A program made the translations under genes and the position numbers. A DNA stretch of 64,000 bases from a virus: the IMG/VR virus record IMGVR_UViG_3300031993_000066, positions 4,107 through 68,106 of that record. One strand, written 5' to 3'. Below, in pieces: positions 49,329 through 59,009 of this stretch (position 1 is its first letter; each line of letters opens with the position of its first letter). The notes beneath the pieces are model-generated. The model made no database searches, was not told the origin of the DNA, and saw only the letters and a program-made list of their open reading frames with translations.

Positions 49329-49551
49329 TTCGCCGTCGCCTCCCTTCTCCGCTTCTTTGTGCTTCGCCTGTAGGTGCTGGGCGTATAGCTTCGTCCCGAT
49401 TCCGAAGTTCCACGCGTTCTTCGTGATGTACTCGTAGTAATCCGGGTCGTACTTCTTCAGGATTTCAAGCGTCTTTTCATCGGTCATTCCGTATCGTTCC
49501 TCCCTCCGTTGAAATGCCGGTGGACTTCCGCCCACCGGCACCCGTCTGTCC

Positions 49552-50643
49552 TTATGCGACCTTCCGCTTCGCCGGTGCGGGCTGCTGCAGCCGGTTCCAC
49601 TGCGACTTGCTCATTCCGAGGATGCTGTAGCCGATGCTCTCCATCGCCGTCGAGCGGTCGTAGCTCTCCACATCCTGCGCGGCGCGGGTGACGGCGTTCG
49701 CCAGCCCGTACAGGCTGAACTCTCCGCCCCTGATGAGGTGATCGAGGACGCCGCTGCTCTCTTTCTGGTTGATGCCGTAGTCCGTCGCCGCCAGCTCCAC
49801 CATCGCGGGGATGTCCGGCGCGGTGATCTTCGCTTCTTTGGCGTCCTTCATCATCTGCACGACCTTCTCGAACCGGGTCTGATCGACGGCTGCGCGGACG
49901 GTGTCCTGCACCTTCATCATCAGCGCCCTGTCATCCGCCGCCAGCGTTGCGCTGCTGTACAGCGTGTAATCCTCCGCCGCCTCATTGCCGCGTCCTATGT
50001 GGTAGCGCCGGGTCGCTGCGTCGTTCACGACCATGCCGTTCGTGCACACCAGCCTGTAGACCAGCGGCTGGACTGCCATGCTTCCCATGCCGACCTCGGA
50101 GTTGGTAATCAGGATCCCGCTCTGCACGATGTCGCCGGGAGTAACCTCCGTCTGCAACCGGGGATTGACAACCTTGATGTACATGCGTTCGTCGGTGACT
50201 TCGCAGCTCTCCACGCGGGCATCCTTGATGTCGCTGATGATCGGGAGTACCGCTTCCGCGATCTCGAAGTTGTCAATCCGGCGGTACTTGTCGGAGAGGA
50301 ATGCGCGGGCTGTTCCGTCGAGGGTGCGCACCATGCGGGTCTGCGGATTGTGGTTGAACCACTCGTTGACGTTCATCGTCAGCAGTTCCGGGTGCTCCGT
50401 GCGCATCTTGTCGTAATACTTCGCCGGGATGCCGAGCGAGGCGCCGATCTGCCGGTGCGCGATGTCGTTCACGCTCAGGATGGTGTTCTGCCGCTGCGCC
50501 GGGTTCTGCATCGTCAGCATGTGGCCTCCGTCCGGGGTCGCGTCCATGACGAGGTTCCGAGTGTCGATCAGGTAGTCGTGCTTCGCTTCGCGCTGCCGGG
50601 TGAGTTCCTGAGCCAGTTCCATCAGAGTGCGTCCAAACTTCAT
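49552..50643 (-). CDS. DUF932-like protein
   Basis: RAFLSDKYRRIDN, ITNSEVG, RLVCTNGM, H; AGGGAGG RBS. Confidence 0.8.
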   Translation of the reverse strand: MKFGRTLMELAQELTRQREAKHDYLIDTRNLVMDATPDGGHMLTMQNPAQRQNTILSVNDIAHRQIGASLGIPAKYYDKMRTEHPELLTMNVNEWFNHNPQTRMVRTLDGTARAFLSDKYRRIDNFEIAEAVLPIISDIKDARVESCEVTDERMYIKVVNPRLQTEVTPGDIVQSGILITNSEVGMGSMAVQPLVYRLVCTNGMVVNDAATRRYHIGRGNEAAEDYTLYSSATLAADDRALMMKVQDTVRAAVDQTRFEKVVQMMKDAKEAKITAPDIPAMVELAATDYGINQKESSGVLDHLIRGGEFSLYGLANAVTRAAQDVESYDRSTAMESIGYSILGMSKSQWNRLQQPAPAKRKVA

Positions 50644-51155
50644 TGTGGTGTCCTCCCTTTCATTCTGTCGATATGGATTAGTGCTGCGCGGTCATCTCTG
50701 CGATGACCTTGCGCTTGATGACGTCGTAGTAGCGGTTCTTCCACCGCAGGCTCTTGTGGGGGTAGCTGGGAATCGCGTAGCAGCGGTTCAGGACCTCGTT
50801 CCTGATGTAGTCGCTCTGGATGATCGCGTTCCGCAGCTCTTCGTCTTCGATGCTCGCCGCGATGCTCACGACGCTCTCGCAGCTCATGTGGGCGATTCCC
50901 AGCTTCTTCATGGTGTCTTTCCTCACTGCCGTCGTTCCTCCGTGGCGGGATGTTCATTGCTTCGTGTAGACCACCTTCCAGCCGTTCTCTCTGGCCTTGC
51001 GCTCAATCTTGCTGATTCGGCTCATAAGGTCGTACATGCTGACCTCGATAACTCCATCCACGACCTTGAAGGTCTTTCCCTGTACGCTGATGCGCTTCGT
51101 CATGGTGATTTTCCTTTCTGCCCGTCTCGCCGATGGCCCAGCGTTGTCGGTTCGG

Positions 51156-51524
51156 TTACGCGGCCTTGAACTCTTTCACGTCCCACATCTTCATCGTCCC
51201 GCCGGTATAGTTCGGAACCTCCCTCGTGTCGATCTCTCCGCTCTGGGAGATATAGAAGTGGAGCTTCGTCATCGTGTCATACCCTTCAAGCAGCATGTCA
51301 ACGCTGTAGTGGGTTTCGTCGGTCTCCATCGTGCCGCCGGGGAAGGCGTCGAGCTTGCAGTAGACGATCTCGTCGCTGTAGCCGTAGTGCCAGCCGTCTA
51401 CCGCGTCCCGGAACATCCTGAGCAGGTCGCCATCGGTGTAGATTTCCTTGAACTCTTTCATCTGCTGCTTCGTGCGCTCCAGCTTGTCAAGCGTGGTGTA
51501 GGCCTTGTTGATCGTGATCTTCAT
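51156..51524 (-). CDS. Hypothetical protein, first gene after promoter
   Basis: MKITINKAY with GGAGG RBS. Confidence 0.65.
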   Translation of the reverse strand: MKITINKAYTTLDKLERTKQQMKEFKEIYTDGDLLRMFRDAVDGWHYGYSDEIVYCKLDAFPGGTMETDETHYSVDMLLEGYDTMTKLHFYISQSGEIDTREVPNYTGGTMKMWDVKEFKAA

Positions 51525-51574
51525 GTGCGTAGCCTCCAATCCGTATTTTCGTTGTGTTCCTACCAACTGAGGCT

Positions 51575-51625
51575 ATTATACTACGTTAGAATATTGATGT
51601 CAACCCATAAATACGCATTTTCGTA
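51575..51625 (-). promoter_or_regulatory. Consensus sigma-A promoter plus operator
   Basis: TTGACA-17bp-TATAAT; TACGCATTTTCGTA 8 bp upstream of -35. Confidence 0.85.
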
Positions 51626-51664
51626 ACATTTTTTTCATAAATCGTATCAACGACGCAAAATAAT

Positions 51665-51686
51665 AGCCCGCCGATGCTGGCGGGCT
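51665..51686 (-). terminator. Intrinsic terminator
   Basis: AGCCCGCC / GGCGGGCT stem followed by T-rich run on minus strand. Confidence 0.65.
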
Positions 51687-51698
51687 TGAATCTGCGTA

Positions 51699-51929
51699 TC
51701 ACTCCGTCGGCTTCCGCTTTCGCGGTTTCCCGACGTATCTGCCGGAGGTCACACGGCCATCGATGTACGGTTCGTCTTCGTCGATGAACCAGTCGCGGCC
51801 CAGCTTCTTCGCGGTTCTGAATCCTCCGCGTAGGGCTTTCTGTCGCACGATGTCGATGTGCTTCCCGTGGCGCTGCGCATATTCCTTCAACGTGATGATT
51901 GCCACTTTGCTTGCCTCCCTTCGTGGCAT
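51699..51929 (-). CDS. Small DNA-binding (HTH-like) protein
   Basis: ITLKEYAQRHG...AKKLGRDWFIDEDEP. Confidence 0.65.
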   Translation of the reverse strand: MPRREASKVAIITLKEYAQRHGKHIDIVRQKALRGGFRTAKKLGRDWFIDEDEPYIDGRVTSGRYVGKPRKRKPTE

Positions 51930-51950
51930 TGCTATCCTTGCATAATTCTA

Positions 51951-52949
51951 TCAGCGCCGCGCTGCCTTGTCAAGCTTCCGCCTTGCCTCATCCGCCTTTG
52001 CCCGTTCCCGTTCAAGCTCCGCCGCGTATGCCAGATCGTCCAGCTCCGCTTTCAGCCCTTCGTCCAGCGCATCGACCCAACTCTCCGGGATTTTGTGGAA
52101 GCCGCACAGAGCGCCCGCCAGCCCGCCGGTGATCGCTCCGATGGTGTCCGCGTCCCCTCCGAGGTTGACCGCAATCTCCACGGCCTTGCGGAAGTCCGTG
52201 GAGTAGCGCGTTGCCTGCCTGATGCTCCATACCGCCGCGAGGAAGCTGTCCTTCACGTAGCCGGTGGGATTCGGCGTGAATCCGGGCACCATGGCCCGGC
52301 GGTAGTCCGTCTTCCTGATCTCGTACTGGAAAACGTCCCATCGGGAATCGAACACTTTCCTGTTCAGCATCCTGCCGATGATCCTGCTGTACAGCTCGCA
52401 GGCCTCCGCTGCTTCCGGGTCGTAGTGCGTCATCCGGCTTATCGTCCCGGCCCAATGAGCGATGTTGTCTTCGCTGTAATAGTAGCAGGGGACGTAGGCC
52501 GTGCGCATCAAACTTCCGTTGCCTGCGCTGCGCCCTCCGAGGTTGATGTGGGCTTCCTTCGCTCCGTCAAGCCAGTCTTTCTGCGACGGCAATATGATGT
52601 TCCCTCTCTCCCTTGCGAGCCACTGTGCCCTGTTGATGCTCAGTCCGCAGGTGCTTCCGATGTCCTTTGGCCCTCCGTTGGCCCACTTGATGAAGTTCTC
52701 TCCGATGCTCTGCACCGGGGCGTTCGGCTGCTCGCAGATGCCTCTTGCCACGCAGAGCGTCATCTGCGTATCGTCGGTCACTTCGCCGGGGCGGACGTTC
52801 AGCCATCCTCCGCCGATCATCTCCGTTACGCGCCCGTGCTGCTCTTTGATGCTCTCTGCGCTCATAAACTCTACCGGCGCTCCGAGCGCGTCCCCCACGG
52901 CCACGCCGTAGAGGACGCCCCTGATCTTATCGTGCTGCATGTGATTCAT
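51951..52949 (-). CDS. ADP-ribosylglycohydrolase (DraG/ARH family)
   Basis: G.AVGDALGAPVEF, TDDTQM, GNGSLMR, TH, GGDADTIGAITGGLAGA. Confidence 0.93.
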   Translation of the reverse strand: MNHMQHDKIRGVLYGVAVGDALGAPVEFMSAESIKEQHGRVTEMIGGGWLNVRPGEVTDDTQMTLCVARGICEQPNAPVQSIGENFIKWANGGPKDIGSTCGLSINRAQWLARERGNIILPSQKDWLDGAKEAHINLGGRSAGNGSLMRTAYVPCYYYSEDNIAHWAGTISRMTHYDPEAAEACELYSRIIGRMLNRKVFDSRWDVFQYEIRKTDYRRAMVPGFTPNPTGYVKDSFLAAVWSIRQATRYSTDFRKAVEIAVNLGGDADTIGAITGGLAGALCGFHKIPESWVDALDEGLKAELDDLAYAAELERERAKADEARRKLDKAARR

Positions 52950-55872
52950 TCTCCGTTGCCTCCCTTTCTGATGTCCTTCGTGCTGTCGCCCTCGATGTAG
53001 TCGGGCATGGCTCCAAATTCTCCGCTCAGGCACAGCGATGTCGCCGCGCATACGATGGTCATTACCGTGGTGTCGAGGCTGTTCCAATCCAGCGCGTTCT
53101 TCAGCCCGCGCTTCGCCGCGTCGTACCCGACCTTTTGCGTCGTGAGCCGTATCAGCCTCGCTACGTGCTCTTTCAGCACCCGCTTGTCCGCTTCCGTGTC
53201 GGCGTTCTTCCCTGAGTTCTGACCCATCCAGAACATGCCCCACATGGAATCTTTCAAGCCTGCCCGCCAGTCGATCTTATCCGGCATCGGCTTCGCCTCC
53301 CTCCGTCTGCTGCGTCGCCCTGATGATCTTCCTGTAGACCATCGCTTCCAGCGCGTCGCCGATTTCCTTCTCCGTGAAATACGCTCTCTGCTCCACGTGC
53401 CGGATGTGGTTTCCGAAGTAGTCCGCGCTCAGGAGCCGTACTTCGACCTCGCCGGAGTGCTCCGTGTCGTTTTCCGAGTGCGTGAATGCCCTGAGCAGCT
53501 TGCCCTCCGACCTGTCTACCACGACGTGCATCATCTCACACACCGTCCTCTCCGTCGTATGCGCCGGGGAGGATTTCCCCGGCCGTGAAACCCCTGACGA
53601 TCATGTTGCCGATGCGCTGGAGTTCCTGCGGAATGAGGTCATCGGCGCGGATGTGCTGCCCTTCGTCTCCGAGGTACTGGACGTACCACCAGTTTTTCGG
53701 GGTGCTCTTTTCCTTTTGATCGAGGAACCGCAACTCATGGATGGCGAGCCTCAGCTTCTTCGCCGTCGGTGTGTTCGGGTTCGTCAGCTTGTCCAGCTTC
53801 TCTTGCAGCACCATCGCCGCAAATTCGAGGTTGCTCAGATCATGCGGATTTTTCATACTCTTCATCCTCCCTCTCCGTCTTCCGCAGGAGGCCTGCTTTC
53901 CGCAGGCGCTCCCTGTTCCTCTGTTCGATTGCCCGCATCAGTGCGAGCTTGTTCTTGACCGTCACGCTGCCGCCTCCCTTCTCAATGATCGCATTCGTCG
54001 AAGTAGTTGAAGATCGCATCGATGGCTTCGCGCTCCGTCTGCTTCTTCGTGATGGCGTCCACGAGGTTGTGCCCTTCCTGATAGGTGCTTTCGTCGATCA
54101 GCCCTGCCGCGTTGTAGGCCATCATGATGCCGAGCGTCTTCGCTGTGTTCAGGTTGTCCCTGTGCCTCGCTACCGCGAGCAGCGCCGTGGACAGCAGCGT
54201 CGCCGTCTGCCGGTTCAGGTTCCAGTAGGCGATAAAGCCCTGGATGATTACGAGGTACTGCTCATTCATCGTCTTCGCTCCCTTCTTCGAGGAAAATCGT
54301 CACGCGCTCGTATGGGCCTATGGTGCCTTGAAATGTCCTGATCTTGTACATCATGTACTTCCAGATTCCCGTGTAGGTCTTTACCCTGATGCCGTCCATC
54401 GTGTTCCAGAAGTTGATGCGTTCCCTCTCCGCCCACTCCGCTATCTTCGCGGACGGGACGAAATTCTTTCCGGCTTTCTGATCGAACGTGAATGTCTCCA
54501 CCCATTTGATTGCGTCGTAGTGCTCCGCGCTCCGATGATTCACGTACCGCAGGATTCCGTCGATGGTGTAGGCGTAGCCTCCGTTCGTGTCCATGTTCAC
54601 CCTCGACCAGTGGTAGGGGAAGCCGGTGCAGTTCGCCGCGCCGTCGAACCGGCACATCTGCGTCGCCAGCTCCCTGCCGCCCCTGAACCGCATCACGTCG
54701 CCTTCGACCTCTGTCCCGTCCTTCGCCGTAAAGCGGATGTACACGCGGTAGTTGCCGACGTCCAGCCCCTTTACGCTGCTGTCGTTCGCTGCGAAGTTGC
54801 ATCCGCGCTTCTCGACGAGCAGGTAGTTCTTGTCACCAATCCTCATCTTCATCCTCCCATTCGTCATCGTCATCGTCGCGCCACTCGAAACGGTACGGCC
54901 CTTCCGCCTCATAGATGGAATCGACCTTTCCTCTATGCGCCATCCGCTCCAAACGCTCGTCATCCATCAGCCTGTCCGCAAGCGCTTTGAGCAGGTCTTC
55001 GTAGTCGCCCTCCGTGAAGCACTGGTAGATGCGGTCGAGGATGTCCGCCGCGTTTGTATACTTCCGCAGCCAGTTCGCGTAGCTGCTCAGGTCGTTCGCC
55101 CAGCCGGCCAACGCGCCCGTGTTGTCGAACACGTCTCCGTCGTTGTACCACTTGTAGACCAGCTTGTTGACCGCCGTCACGGTCTGCGTTGCTTGATTCT
55201 CGCCCTCGCCGAACTCCGGCAGGTACTTCCCGTTGATCGCCTTGAACTCGATCTTGCCGAAATAGCTCCAATCTACCATTGCTTTCCCTTTCTCACCTGC
55301 CATCATCAGCGCCGGGTGGTGAATCCACGGCGGACGGGCTTTCGCCCGTTTCGGCTCAGTCCAGAACCTCATCCATGTATGTGACCTCTCCGTCGGCTAC
55401 GGTCTCCGCGAATGCCCTTGCTTCGCGCTCCGTGTTGAACGTCCGAATCCACTCAGGCCTCTTCCCGTGCGGTGTGTCCATCCAGTCGTATTCGACCATC
55501 CACGTCCTCTTCCCGAATTTCATGCTGCTCGCCTCCCTTACTTCCTGTACCCGAGAATCTGCCAGAAGTTGTCTTTGTCGTGCAGCTTTTCGATGAACTT
55601 GTTCATCGCCGCCTCCGTGCGGAAGCTCTTGCGCTTCGTGATGATCTCCGCCTTGCGGTTGAATTCCTGCCATGCTACCTCGAACATTTCCTTGCCCTCC
55701 CTTATCCCTTCAAGAATTGCTCTGCGATGATCTTCGCTGCCGCCTGGAATGCTTCCAGTGTGATCTTGCCCTCTGCCAGCATCCTGTGGTTTCCTTTGTT
55801 TGCCGCTTCTACTCCATCGACTTCCATGTACCACTTGATTGCGACGATGTAATCGTTGACCGTGCCCTTCAT
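52946..55872 (-). other. Run of about nine small hypothetical genes
   Basis: Tightly packed minus-strand ORFs with RBSs (e.g. 52946-53287, 53277-53543, 53536-53865, 53982-54269, 54262-, 54833-, 55702-55872). Confidence 0.65.
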
Positions 55873-55928
55873 TGCTTTTTCCCTCCGTTTTGTGTCGTTC
55901 CCGTAACATTTCCTTAACTCTTGATGCT

Positions 55929-55979
55929 ATTATACTACGTTAAAATAGCTATGTCAATAGAAAAATACGCAATTTCGCA
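55929..55979 (-). promoter_or_regulatory. Consensus sigma-A promoter plus operator
   Basis: TTGACA-17bp-TATAAT; TACGCAATTTCGCA 8 bp upstream of -35; near copy of the 51575 promoter. Confidence 0.85.
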
Positions 55980-56009
55980 ATAAAATTTTCAATATCGTAT
56001 CATACAACG

Positions 56010-56048
56010 AAAAAAGAGCGCACCCGGCGGAAATCCGGGTGCGCTCTT
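56010..56048 (-). terminator. Intrinsic terminator of late/lysis operon
   Basis: AAGAGCGCACCCGG / CCGGGTGCGCTCTT stem followed by T6. Confidence 0.9.
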
Positions 56049-56060
56049 GCGTATCATGTT

Positions 56061-56513
56061 CTATTTTCCAGCTTTTGCGAACGTAATCTCGTATCCGCCC
56101 ATCGCCGCCAGCGCAACAACAAAGGCATTCACCACCGCGAGCAGCGCGTTCTCCGCCGTCAGGCCGGTGGTAAAAGCTGTCGCAACCAGCATGATAATCA
56201 GCGCGATTGCGTATGCCACAAGCCGTGTGGGGATGTTTCCGAACGCCTTGTCGAGCGGCAGCTTGAGGAACTGTACGATCAATAGTGTTGCTGCTGTCGC
56301 TCCGGCTATTGTTGCGAGGTAAGCCCATGTGAACGGGGTCTGAGGGCCGGGTGTCGGCTCAGGTTCGTCAGTGACGATCTCCGTCGCTGCCGCGCTGGGC
56401 TTGATCTGCTCTTCCGCCTCCGTCGCGGGAGGCTCCGTTTCTGCCATGACCGGCAGGACGCAGATGGCGAAAACCATCAGCGCAACCAGAACCAGAATCA
56501 GGATTTTCTTCAT
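56061..56513 (-). CDS. Holin-like membrane protein
   Basis: Signal-like N-terminus plus ~3 TM segments (IVQFLK, IPTRL, AAMGGYE). Confidence 0.7.
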   Translation of the reverse strand: MKKILILVLVALMVFAICVLPVMAETEPPATEAEEQIKPSAAATEIVTDEPEPTPGPQTPFTWAYLATIAGATAATLLIVQFLKLPLDKAFGNIPTRLVAYAIALIIMLVATAFTTGLTAENALLAVVNAFVVALAAMGGYEITFAKAGK

Positions 56514-56528
56514 GTTGCATTCTCCCTT

Positions 56529-56873
56529 CTACTTCAGGGGCAAACGGTTGACCTCTCGCATCAGGTTGTCGAGGTCTCCGTTGCCGCCTAATCCTTCGTG
56601 GTAACAGTCGTGCATCTCTTTGAGAATCCGGCGGTCATCGAAATCCACCGCTCCGTCCGAGATGTATTTCAGGCCAAGATATCGAATGCGGTCATAGAGC
56701 ATCAATTTCTGTGCTGTCTTGATGGCCTCGATGTCTTTGTCTTTCCCGTCATCCTTGTCGTACTTCCGCTTCCTCCGCTGCCTGATTCCCTCCGCGATGG
56801 CGTTGATCAGCGCGGCTACCGCTGAACCTCCGAGCAGACCGCCTATGATGGCGATGATGATTCCAGTGTCCAT
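56529..56873 (-). CDS. Holin/antiholin-like protein
   Basis: N-terminal TM; LYDRI, YH.GLGGNG, LP motif. Confidence 0.75.
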   Translation of the reverse strand: MDTGIIIAIIGGLLGGSAVAALINAIAEGIRQRRKRKYDKDDGKDKDIEAIKTAQKLMLYDRIRYLGLKYISDGAVDFDDRRILKEMHDCYHEGLGGNGDLDNLMREVNRLPLK

Positions 56874-57026
56874 CGGTGCCTCACCTCCAATCTGCGCGGT
56901 TGATCGCGTAGAAAAAAAGCGCCAGCACGATGATTGCGGGCAGCGCGAGTTTGAGGAACCGCATCCCGGCGGTGATCAGCAGGTCGGTCTTCGCCACAGC
57001 GATCTGGATTTGCCTCTCCACGCTCA

Positions 57027-58577
57027 TCAGCTCTCACCGCCTCTCATCAGCCATTCGAGCGTTCTTCCGTTCATGAGCAGATTCTTGTCCACGTGGGTCT
57101 TGATGCCGTCGATCTTGCCCTTCTCCGTGTACTGCCACAGGTCGCACTCGAAATCCGGCTTGTACCCGTTCGGCTCGCCGATGTCGTTCTTCGCGTAGCG
57201 AGGAATCCATACAAAGTCGAACAGGCTGCGCAGTTCGTCGAATCTGTAATCCTTGTAGTGGTGGTGCGCGACGTATGCGCCGACGCGCTTGATTCCGAGG
57301 TCGCGCAGCGTCTTGACGAAAGCCCTGACGCCCGCCTGCGTGATGCAGGTCTGCTCCATGTCGATGCAGTAGAACAGCGGGTCGTACCCGCTGGCGTACT
57401 CCACCATCTTGATGGCTTCGTCTTCGCCCTTCGCCGCGTCTCTCGCGTAGCTGTAGCAGAACACTCCGAATGGGATGCTCCGCTCCTTCATCGCTCTGGC
57501 GTATTCGTCGAACCGGGTGTCCTTATCGCTTCCGATGGAAGCGCGGGGAATCACGAGGCTCACATGGGGCTTGAGTGCGTCGAAATCAATGCTGCCCTTG
57601 TGGTAGCTGATGTCGATGATCTCTTTGCCGGTGGTGCTGCCCTCTACATCACCGGCTTGCTCAAAAGGGTAGAAGATGAAGAACTGCTTCCTCTGCTCTT
57701 CAAACGCGGCGAGTTTCTGCCGCTTCCGGGTGGAGGATGCCGGGTCGTTCGCGTACATGTAGGTATCGTCGCACCGCCACAGGCAGATGTAATGTCCGCC
57801 CTTCGTCCAGTAGCCGGGACCCATGCTGGCGACCACGAGGCATCCGGCCTTGATCGCGGCCTTCGCCGTCGCCATCGACTTCGTCTGTACAAACTTCGTG
57901 AAGTTGTAGGCTTTGGCGATGCTCTTGAAGAAGTCCCATGCGGTGCCGCTGTTCTTCGTGCGGAAGCCGTGGTCGAGCGCGTACTGGCACATTTCCACCG
58001 GGGTCAGATTCTTGTTTACCCACGTCGCCATGATGTCAGCCATCGAGGTCGGGCCGCAGCCGGAATTGGCGATCGTTTGCTTCTTATTGCCGCAGCTCGT
58101 ATAGGGCTTCTTTCCCCACCTGCTGTCGCCCTGCTTGTAGTCTACCGGCTGCTTCGTGCCGGTGCCGGAGGTCTTCGCCGTCCGGGTGTACTCGCAATCC
58201 CACAGCGCCAGCCAGTCGTTCAGCTCCACGTTACCCGTGGCTTCCAGCCCTGCCGTAGTCTGGAATGCGATGACGTTCTTCCGGGTGTTGCTGCCGTACT
58301 TGCCGTCGATGCTCGTAGAGACCAGCGCCTGTACCGCCTTGACGTACACGCTGCACGAGTAATCCTTGTACATGACGGCGGGGAGCGTCTTCACCAGCTC
58401 CGTGAGGGTCTGAGGGCCTGCCTTGCCGTCAACCGTCAGCCCGTGCTCCCTCTGGAAATTCTTCGTCGCGGTTTCGAGGGCAATCGAAAAATCATCCTCA
58501 ACCGGGAATCCCATCAGCAGCCGGTAGGCCCGTACCGCCTGCTTCGAGTTGGATTTACTGCCGTGTTTCAGGATCAT
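57027..58577 (-). CDS. Endolysin: PG-binding domains + C39-like peptidase + GH25 muramidase
   Basis: FQREHGLTVDGKAG, DGKYG; KQGDSRW, SGCGPTSMA, GHY; IIDISY, IDME, LWQYT, VDKN. Confidence 0.9.
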   Translation of the reverse strand: MILKHGSKSNSKQAVRAYRLLMGFPVEDDFSIALETATKNFQREHGLTVDGKAGPQTLTELVKTLPAVMYKDYSCSVYVKAVQALVSTSIDGKYGSNTRKNVIAFQTTAGLEATGNVELNDWLALWDCEYTRTAKTSGTGTKQPVDYKQGDSRWGKKPYTSCGNKKQTIANSGCGPTSMADIMATWVNKNLTPVEMCQYALDHGFRTKNSGTAWDFFKSIAKAYNFTKFVQTKSMATAKAAIKAGCLVVASMGPGYWTKGGHYICLWRCDDTYMYANDPASSTRKRQKLAAFEEQRKQFFIFYPFEQAGDVEGSTTGKEIIDISYHKGSIDFDALKPHVSLVIPRASIGSDKDTRFDEYARAMKERSIPFGVFCYSYARDAAKGEDEAIKMVEYASGYDPLFYCIDMEQTCITQAGVRAFVKTLRDLGIKRVGAYVAHHHYKDYRFDELRSLFDFVWIPRYAKNDIGEPNGYKPDFECDLWQYTEKGKIDGIKTHVDKNLLMNGRTLEWLMRGGES

Positions 58578-58685
58578 CTTCCGTCACCTCCACCAGCTCC
58601 CCGTCGATCATCACCATCACGGTGTCGTGCTCGACCTGCTCTTCGTATTCCGGCTCGTAGTACCTTGCCATGTGTCTCACTCCAA

Positions 58686-59009
58686 TCATAAATTGATCTC
58701 TTCGCCGCTGGCGCACCATGCGTCGAATCTCCGTCGCACGTCTTCTTCTAATTCCGGCCACGGTTCAACACCGCGCACCACCCGGACGGGAACATCCAGT
58801 TCCCTTGCGCCGGTTTCGGCGTTATGTGTGATGCAGACCGGCGCGAGGTAGACATCCACGAGGCCGTCTTCCCGAACGTCTATCGCGTAGAAGCGTTTAC
58901 CCTGCGCGGGATGGTCTCGCGGTGAGTTCGTGTCTCTATGCTGCGATCTGCTCATATCTACCATCCCATTCATAAGGTTCTCCGTGCGTAAACGCGATGT
59001 TGTCCTCAA
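58686..59009 (-). CDS. Hypothetical protein downstream of RT (start uncertain)
   Basis: ORF between RT and lysin; LEEDVRRRFDAW. Confidence 0.5.
   Translation of the reverse strand: MRTTSRLRTENLMNGMVDMSRSQHRDTNSPRDHPAQGKRFYAIDVREDGLVDVYLAPVCITHNAETGARELDVPVRVVRGVEPWPELEEDVRRRFDAWCASGEEINL

Noticed and set aside
52950-53243. N-terminal extension on the ADP-ribosylglycohydrolase
   Set aside because: Overlaps gene 52946-53287 in another frame; RBS supports a start at 52949
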